A stretch of DNA of 21,508 nt, from positions 4,516,101 to 4,537,608 of the forward strand of contig CP070751.1 in the NCBI GenBank assembly GCA_020348445.1, given 5' to 3'. How positions within the stretch are numbered: position 1 is the first letter of the stretch; the number at the start of each line of letters is the position of its first letter. This document shows positions 8,550-16,400 of the stretch, piece by piece. The notes beneath the pieces were generated by a model. That model had not been told where the DNA came from. It saw only the letters and a list, made by a program, of their open reading frames with translations, and made no database searches. The stretch comes from Thermoplasmata archaeon (GTDB lineage: Archaea > Thermoplasmatota > Thermoplasmata > GCA-020350865). Made by a program: the position numbers and the translations under genes.

Positions 8550-9014
8550 TCAAACCTTCTCCATATCAACCTGCCCAATATTTCTAAGGATATCGATTCT
8601 GCTCACCATACCAACCAATTTCCCTTTAACCACAATAGGGATCCTGTTGATGTTGTTTTCTGTCATGAGTCTTGCAAGCATGTCTATACTTGTATCAGGT
8701 ACGGCGTGGATCACATCTGTGGTCATGGCTTCTTCCACAGGTGTTGCACTTGCTTTAATGTATATATGGGCAAGATGAGGTAATTCACCTGAATCTGTTA
8801 TATCCAGCTCTGAATTGTCAAAAGCGGACAGAAAAGTAACTATATCATGCTCACTTACTATACCCACGATCCTTCCGATATCATCCACGACAGGTGCTCC
8901 GCTTGTGTTGTTTTCAGCCAGTGTCTTCGCTACAAAGTGAAGACTGTCCTTTGGATGAACTGTTACCACATCTTTGCTCATGATATCTTCTGCTTTTTCA
9001 CCTATATGGACCAT
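8550..9014 (-). CDS. Stand-alone CBS-domain pair protein
   Basis: Two CBS motifs (IMSKDVVTV...GAPVVD...VGIVSEHDI; AMTTDVIHA...RIPIV..GKLVGMVSRIDI). SD GGAGG. Confidence 0.92.
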   Translation of the reverse strand: MVHIGEKAEDIMSKDVVTVHPKDSLHFVAKTLAENNTSGAPVVDDIGRIVGIVSEHDIVTFLSAFDNSELDITDSGELPHLAHIYIKASATPVEEAMTTDVIHAVPDTSIDMLARLMTENNINRIPIVVKGKLVGMVSRIDILRNIGQVDMEKV

Positions 9015-9055
9015 AATATCCAGCCTCCGAGAACTTTTACATGGTTATCTATATA

Positions 9056-9535
9056 TTAAATGGACATCTTGCTTATTCCTTTAATGACATCTCCTCTTGT
9101 TACGATACCCACCAGTTTCCCATCCATAACAACGGGTACCCTATTTATCTTTCCTGATGCTACAATATCGATTACAGCCTTTACCTTATCTTCGGGACCT
9201 ACGGTTTTTACATTGCGCTTCATCATTTCCGAGACCTTTATATCTCCCACGTCCTTTACAATATCCTCTGTCTTTTTTTCAGAGGGTGTTTCTTTAAAGG
9301 ACAGCCCCACCATGGATAGTGCCGGGGAGAGATACACCATCTTCACCTCCTTGCCGTGTCTTTCCAAGGTGGTGATAATATCGGCCTCGCTGATGATACC
9401 AAGAACCTTACCTGAATCATCTACCACAGGTGCCCCGCTGATGTTGTGCTCTGAGAATTTCAGAACAACGTCTTTTAGGGTATTTTCAGGTCCTAAGGTG
9501 ATGACCTTCTTTGTCATGATGTCTTTAACAAGCAT
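9056..9535 (-). CDS. Stand-alone CBS-domain pair protein
   Basis: Two CBS motifs (VKDIMTKKVITL...ISGAPVVD...GIISEADI; MMKRNVKTV...RVPVV..GKLVGIVTRGDV). Confidence 0.92.
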   Translation of the reverse strand: MLVKDIMTKKVITLGPENTLKDVVLKFSEHNISGAPVVDDSGKVLGIISEADIITTLERHGKEVKMVYLSPALSMVGLSFKETPSEKKTEDIVKDVGDIKVSEMMKRNVKTVGPEDKVKAVIDIVASGKINRVPVVMDGKLVGIVTRGDVIKGISKMSI

Positions 9536-9612
9536 ACCTTATGCACCCCACGGTTGCCTGATATAGATATGGTTATAAAAAGTTTTGTTTGGGCAACTAG
9601 GCATGTTTGGGA

Positions 9613-11745
9613 TTAGAGAGGTACTTCCCAAATCTCATTTACCTTGGAGTGCAAATAATATCCTTTTCTATTAAAGAAGAAATCAATGTCCCGGATATAC
9701 TCCCACATCTGTGCTCCTGCATTAAAACTCCAGATAGCATCCACATCTGTGCCAAAATTAAGATTGCTCAACCCATCTGTCCTGTTATAATTCATGAAAG
9801 ATGGATAACCTACCATGTTCCAGCCCACATTTAGGGAGATATTCTGGTCCTGTGTTGGTTCTTCTCCTAGATACTCAAATAAAACACCTCGAGGCTCAGT
9901 GACATGAATCCAAAATCCCATTGTATGATCGAGGGCGTCTAAATCATTTAGATGCGGAGGTTTTGAAGTTGAGTTATGCTCCCAATGATCATAATCGTCA
10001 GTAGTATTATACCACTGTGCGGCATCAAACGACCCGGAGATTGGACTTAGAACCTCTCCAAAGTTCATATCAGGCTGGATAAACGGAATGGAAATTAGAT
10101 TCCAACCTTGGTAAAGGAACATAGAAGGTCCGATTGGGAACATCAACGGATAGTTATCTTGGGAATCCATATCTATATTATAAGGAGAATCCCCGATTCC
10201 ATCATTACCAGGAATATTTTGTTCAGGACCTTTATATCTATCAAGACCATAATAATCAGACCAGAAGTTGCCGCTTGATGGGTATGAATCATTCCATAAA
10301 TTCGAATCTGAGTCATCATAAGCTTGCTCAGTAATTCCATTTTTTATAAAATTATTATGATAAACCTGTATATTCCTGGATCTTTCAAGATACATTGCAT
10401 AGTCCCTATTGTAGCTGATGTTGTTACCCACAATATTATTTAAATTATTTATTTGAAACATTTTGATCCCAATATCGTTATATTCAATTGTACAATTAAT
10501 AATAGTGGTTTGAATCCCCCCACCAGCCTCTTCGAAATCAATACCTATTTCATTATCATAAATATTGGAAGATAAAATATCCACTCCGATAGCACCAGAA
10601 TCCATAACACTTAAATCTATGCCAATATAATTGTTGCAAATGATATTATACAATATGATATGATCGACAGAACCATAACTACCTGGACCTGGCATTGAAG
10701 GATCATTAATAACAATCCCTACGCCACCCCCATTTCCAAAAATTTTGTTCAAAACCATCCTATTTGATTTGATGTTTCCACCAAATATACCTATTCCCGC
10801 CGAGTTATTAATTATTGTATTGGAGATCACTGTGTTGTTATTTGAGGATTGGGAAAGTCCGATGGCCCCATCATTGTGGGAAATGTTGTTGTATCCGATG
10901 GTGTTGTTTGAAGATCGTATTAAGGACATTCCCAGATAATTGTTGGTAATATTGTTGTCATTTATATTATTGTCCGACGCTGAGGAGAATGATATTCCTT
11001 CATTTTCGCTAAGCGTTATATTATTATATCTAACTGTATTATATGTTGAAGAAAGAAGATAAATGCCCCGTAAATTATCAGATACATTGTTGTTTATTAC
11101 CGTGTTATTTGATGAAATGTCGATAAAGATACCGTTTCCATTGTTCGAAATAACATTATTGTCTAAAATGTGGTTGTTTGGCGAATTTAAAAGGTAAATT
11201 CCGTTTCCGTTGTTGGGGGAGATAGTATTATTATTTATGGAATTGTCTGATGAGGATGATAGTGCAATACCTGCCTGTTCATTTGATGAGATATAATTAT
11301 GAGTTATGATGTTGTTAGGCGTCATGTATAAGAAGATACCTAAGTTGCCATAACTTATATTGCAATATTTAATTTCGGTATATCCAGTGGAATTTATCTG
11401 TATTTTATTCCAATCATCAGGGGCAGCAGTCGTCATGTTGGATGTTATTTCTATTCGCTTTGCTTTGGTACCCACAGCAAATAAGGAACCATTTACATAG
11501 ATACTATAATAACCATTAAATTTGACCTGAACCCCTGGCTCTATGAAAAGATTTACTCCGTCTACCACATAAACATCACTAACCACGTAATAAGGACTCC
11601 CTGCCAACGTCCATGTTGTATCTGCACTTATTATACCCCCAACATCTGTACCCCCAACAATGGGATAGCTGAAATGCAATAAATAGAGTAATCCTCCGCT
11701 CAGGATTAAGCCCACAATTATGATTGAGATCAACCTTTTTCTCAT
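9613..11745 (-). CDS. Secreted right-handed beta-helix (NosD/PbH1-like) surface protein with C-terminal GWN/WEVPL domain, 710 aa
   Basis: Signal peptide MRKRLISIIIVGLILSGGLL. N-cap TTWTLAGSPYYV..L.IEPGV. Asn-rich GI.L..S.NN.I..N.I..N repeats. End cap GNFWSDY...DGIGDSPY...DNYPLM. C-terminal domain at about 9613-10120. Many N-x-S/T sequons. SD GGAGG/GGTG. Confidence 0.85.
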   Translation of the reverse strand: MRKRLISIIIVGLILSGGLLYLLHFSYPIVGGTDVGGIISADTTWTLAGSPYYVVSDVYVVDGVNLFIEPGVQVKFNGYYSIYVNGSLFAVGTKAKRIEITSNMTTAAPDDWNKIQINSTGYTEIKYCNISYGNLGIFLYMTPNNIITHNYISSNEQAGIALSSSSDNSINNNTISPNNGNGIYLLNSPNNHILDNNVISNNGNGIFIDISSNNTVINNNVSDNLRGIYLLSSTYNTVRYNNITLSENEGISFSSASDNNINDNNITNNYLGMSLIRSSNNTIGYNNISHNDGAIGLSQSSNNNTVISNTIINNSAGIGIFGGNIKSNRMVLNKIFGNGGGVGIVINDPSMPGPGSYGSVDHIILYNIICNNYIGIDLSVMDSGAIGVDILSSNIYDNEIGIDFEEAGGGIQTTIINCTIEYNDIGIKMFQINNLNNIVGNNISYNRDYAMYLERSRNIQVYHNNFIKNGITEQAYDDSDSNLWNDSYPSSGNFWSDYYGLDRYKGPEQNIPGNDGIGDSPYNIDMDSQDNYPLMFPIGPSMFLYQGWNLISIPFIQPDMNFGEVLSPISGSFDAAQWYNTTDDYDHWEHNSTSKPPHLNDLDALDHTMGFWIHVTEPRGVLFEYLGEEPTQDQNISLNVGWNMVGYPSFMNYNRTDGLSNLNFGTDVDAIWSFNAGAQMWEYIRDIDFFFNRKGYYLHSKVNEIWEVPL

Positions 11746-11855
11746 ACCACCCCTCCTTCGATTTTAGTTCCTAAATTCAACCACTGTATATGTACTACTA
11801 TTGTTTTTATTATTAATACTCTTTTCGCAGTTTTAAAATTAAGAATAAATAAATT

Positions 11856-13313
11856 TTAGAGGGGCACTTCCCACTCGCATTCTGATTTAGCGTGAATGTA
11901 GTATCCCCTGCCGATTTGGAAATAATCAGACTCACCCATCTCCTCCCACCTTTGGGCTGAGGCGTTATAGGACCAGATCGCATCCACATGGTCGCCAAAG
12001 GTGAGGTTGTTCATTCCCTCTGTCCTGTTATAGCTCTTAGGGGATGGGTAGCCCACCATGTTCCATCCCGGATGGAGGGGGATGGATTGGTTGGAGGTTG
12101 GTTTGGTGCCATTGTATAAAAATATCGTGTCTCCTGGCTGGGTAATATGGATCCAGAATCCCATGGATTCGTTGAGCTCAAATAAATCGTTTCCGTAAGG
12201 TTTGCCTACCTTGTAGTGCTTCCAGGTATCAGTTGTATCTGTAATGTCGTACCATTGGACTGCATCATAATATCCATCGATCATCTCAAGGACTTTAATT
12301 AGACTCTGGTTCTCTTGGATTAAGGGGAGTGAAATCAAGTTCCATCCCTGCTTTAAGGTAGTATAATTTTCGAGTATTCTAGATGGATGGGGCTCCATTA
12401 GTGGATAGTTATCCTGGGAATCACCATCGATCTTAAAAGGTGTGTCTCCAATGCCATCGCTACCTGGGATGTCCTGATTTGGGCCTTTATACTGATCAGC
12501 TCCACCCTAATTTGACCAGTAGTTGCCACCAGAAGGATAGCCATTATCCCAGTAGGTAAAGCTATCATCCCATGCTTGGACAAAATTATACATAAAATTG
12601 TTGTGATAAATTAAATTGTTATTTGAAGATAAAACACGAATACCATAATTATTTGTGTATGAGATGATGTTTTCTACTATGATGTTACTGTTTGAATATT
12701 CACCAATCCGAAGACCATACCAATTGTTATTGTAACAAGTGTTGTTCTTTATCACATTATTGCTTGAGCCCTCAAGGTAGATGCCCTGAAAGGTGTTAGA
12801 GATGCATTTATTGTCCTCAACTATGTTATAGCTTGAATACTCAAGGTAAATACCATCATAGTAATTGTTGGTACATGTATTGTGTATAATACTGCAGTTT
12901 TGGACATTGTTTAATTCTATACCTACATCCCACCATCCGCTCCCACTATTTCTCACTTTAAATCCACTCATATTCACCCAATTTGAATTTATAAAAACTA
13001 CATCACCGCTTCCCCCACCATCGATTATTGTTGATCCTCTATACTCCCCAGTCAAATTTATCGTCTTGTTTACAACAACACTCTCGTAATATGTCCCATT
13101 CATTACAAACACGATATCCCCAGGAATCGCATTATCGATTCCCTCCTGGATTGTGGTGAGGTCGCAATCGACTCCGGGTGTGCCATTATCGTCGACAATA
13201 ATCGTTTTCGCTGATGCGTTCATACCTTAATCAGGGGTAATCATTATCAAACCGATCAAATTGGCACATATCAATAACCATACAGTCAAAACCGACACGA
13301 GTGTCTTCCTCAT
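11856..13313 (-). pseudogene. Beta-helix surface-protein paralog interrupted by two in-frame stops (TAA 13227-13229, TAG 12507-12509)
   Basis: ATG 13313 (with SD GAGGTG) opens a signal peptide MRKTLVSVLTVWLLICANLIGLIMITPD*GMNASA, in frame with track ORF 12507-13223. After YWSN* the same frame continues GGADQYKGPNQDIPGSDGIGDTPF...DNYPLM into track ORF 11856-12398. The span is 1458 nt with no frameshift. Confidence 0.85.
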
Positions 13314-13411
13314 ACACCTCATGCTCCTATGTGGCCAGTAAAGGGATTTCTCTTTATCTGTCTATCGCTTTTTCCCGCTACTTTATTAAAAAATAAATAT
13401 AATGAAGAAGT

Positions 13412-16400
13412 TTAGGAAACAGGCCCGATTGTAACCTGCCCACCGCAGGAAGGACAAATGACCGCATGGGCCTGCACAGGGGCGGGCACCGAAAATGGAT
13501 TTTCGCAATGAGGGCAGTTGTAGGTCGTAATCTCAGGTGGCGGGGGCGGAGGCTCTTGCACTGGTGACGGTGGAACAGGAGGAACCGGCGGTGGAGGAAC
13601 AGGTGGAACTGGTGGCGGTGGAAATGATTGAGGTGCTTCGGGTGGCTGAACGGGTTGCTGGGTTGGCTGTGGAGATGGAGGGGATGGTGTCTGGGCTTCA
13701 TCGACTTCTTCCTTAGGCTTCTGGCCTCTTTTCTTCTTTACAAATAAAAGGACAACTATACAGATTATAATTACTACCAGTACCAAAATAATAATCCAGA
13801 TCATGAAGGAAGGTTCTTCATCTTCTTTCCACTTATTTGGGTCCAATGGAAACGCATCCTCCTCATCCAAGTATCCGTCATTGTCGTCATCATCATCTTC
13901 AATATCTGGGACACCATCTTCATCGAAATCTGGAAGGACAATTATGGTCACAGTATCAACATTCCAGTTACCAGCATCATCAAAGACATACAAAGTTACG
14001 ATATATGTGCCTGGTAATTCGAAAGTGTAAGAGGGAGATATGCCAATCAAGGTCACCAATTCATCATCAGAAACAAATGCCCAATTATAGAAAAGGCCAT
14101 CCTTGCCGCTATTGTCATGGGAACCTGTGCCGTTAAAGACGAACTCTTGTCTTTCAACTGCAGTCGTATTTGAACCTGCATCGGCAATGGGCGAGGTGAT
14201 GTCCACCACAATTATGATAATTGTTGCGACATCCCAATTGCCTGATGAATCTGTAACATTCAATGCGACTGTATAAACCCCCGGTTCTGAATAAATATGC
14301 GATGCCGTAATTGTATTATTGTCTTCAAATATCCCATCGCTTGCATCCCAGTCCCAGATATATGTGAGGCCTGATGTGCCGTTGTTATCGGTTGAGGCTT
14401 CGGCATTCACCGTAACTAATGTGTCCTCGTCCACTATCTGATTAGAACCTGCATCAGCAATAGGAGAAGTAACATCTATTACGATGACCGTTAAAGTATC
14501 GATGTCCCAATTGCCGCTTGCATCGGTGACGTTCATGGTGACTGTGTAGATCCCAGGATCAAGATAAACATGGGTGGCGGATATTGTATTATTTTCTACT
14601 TGTATGCCATTACTAGCGTCCCAGTCCCATGCATAACTTAGACCTGAAGTCCCACTGTTGTCAGTAGAAGCACCGGCATCCGCAGTTACCAGCTTGTCCT
14701 CGTCAACCATCGGATTAAGACCTATTACGGCATCAGGAGAAGTGACGTCCTTGACGATAACAGTCAAGGTATCGATGTCCCAATTGCCGCTTGCGTCTGT
14801 GACATTTAGGGTGACTATGTAGATCCCAGGATCATGATAAACATGGGTGGCAGATATTGTATTATTATCTACTTGTATGCCATCACTTGCGTTCCAGTCC
14901 CATGCATAACTTAGATTAGAAGTTCCGTTGTTGTCGAAAGAAGCATCAGCATCCACAGTTACCAGCGTGTCCTCGTCAACGATCTGATCAGGACCTATTA
15001 CGGCATCAGGAGAAGTAACGTCTAAAACGATAACAGTCAAGGTATCGGTGTCCCAATTGCCGCTTGCGTCTGTAACATTCAGGGTGACAATGTAGATCCC
15101 TGGATCAGGATAGATATGAGTTGCGGAAATTGTTGTGGTTTCCACTTGTATACCATCGCTTGCATCCCAATCCCAAGTATAATACATCCCTAGGTATTCC
15201 AAATTATCTGTGGAATCACTTGCATCAACGGAAATTAAAGTGTCTTCATCAACAATCTGATCGAAACCTGCTTCTGGGATTGGGGGAATGTTGTCAATTA
15301 TAGTTATTGTGAAGTAACTGATGAGGTTCCCGTGGGTTGAATTATGCAAACTGTCTGTTGCTTCGTAATAGAAGTACCATTCTGACATATCATTTAACGT
15401 AAATATCCCTAAATCAGATGAGGTTATGTTGAAGTGATCTAAGGAACCAGGTCCTCCCTCTATAACCTTATCCATAAACATACTGGTCCAAGAACCTGTG
15501 TCGTTTCTATAATGAATAGTAACACTGGTGACATCCGTACTATCGGTGAGGTTGGCATATATGGTAAAATTGTCACCTGTGTATGTAATGAAATCTTCTG
15601 TGGCGCTATCGAAAAAAGGCGGGATAGAATCGATTATAAAGAAATACCAAGAGGAATTTGCATAACCAAAAAAGTCTACTGCATTGACTTGAATATGATA
15701 ATCCCTGTCAGCCCATCCTCCCGTGTCAATGTCAAAAGGATCGGTGAAAGAGGTATTGGCACCTCCATTGACCGAGTAATTGGCCTCGATAAGGGTAACA
15801 TCGATAATCGAGAAATCCAAGACCGTTGTGTTGGGAATAATGGAATTATTACCTGGGGATATTAATTGAATCCGAGGAGGCTTTGTATGCATTAATGGAT
15901 AGTTGTCCAGCTGATAATAACCGAATCCTTGATCAGTTACTGGATGTGGGATCAGAGTGTCGCCAACCTCATCACCTGCAGTGCGGCCGTTGCTGCCGTC
16001 ATCCACACCCATGTAGTCGCTCCAATAGTTGCCCTCGCCCATGCCATCATCCCAGGTGTTACCTCCACAATTAAAAGTATCCAAGAATATTTGGTTTAGG
16101 TTATTTATAATGTAATTATGATGGAATATATTATATGTTGAACCAGAACTAAGATTTATGCCAAATAAATTGTTTGATATACGGTTATTTTTTATTATGT
16201 TATCGCCGGAGTAAGCGAAGTAGATGCCTCTTTCGTTGTTCGATAATGTATTGTTGACGATTGTATTGCAATCTGCCCCACTAAGGTAAATGCCGTTTAT
16301 ATTGTTAGAAGAGGCATTGTTGTTGGTTATGGTGCTGCTGTCGGAGTTGTAGAGGTAGATTCCGAAAAGGGTGTTCGAGGAAGCGGTGTTGTTGGTGATT

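Noticed and set aside
8147-9566. Plus-strand ORFs 8147-8506, 8542-8778 and 9060-9566
   Set aside because: These are antisense shadows of the membrane-protein and CBS genes, which have clear motifs and SD sites on the - strand.
9031-9586. Similar AT-rich motif (ATATAGATA-N7-AAAAGTT) in opposite orientations flanking the 9056-9535 CBS gene
   Set aside because: It is short, AT-rich and mismatched in the middle, and it overlaps ordinary TATA-like promoter sequence. That is not enough to call an inverted repeat or invertible element.
9536-9612. Mobile-element or integration boundary between the housekeeping genes and the surface-protein array
   Set aside because: There is no tRNA, integrase, transposase, terminal inverted repeat or target duplication; only an 8-bp CCCAAACA direct repeat on the - strand, which could be chance.
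12507-12509. Pyrrolysine or general amber recoding of the in-frame TAG
   Set aside because: The same gene also has an in-frame TAA. The TAG replaces a conserved Tyr, TAG is used as a real stop at 906-908 and 17807-17809, and no pyl genes are in the window.
12398-12583. 61-aa minus-strand ORF suggesting a frameshift between the two pseudogene fragments
   Set aside because: The homologous sequence continues in the original frame after the TAG (36 codons to ATG 12398), so no frameshift is needed and this ORF is an alternate-frame artefact.
13931-15290. CRISPR array or non-coding repeat
   Set aside because: The repeats are in-frame coding units of 273 bp without unique spacers. No cas genes are present.
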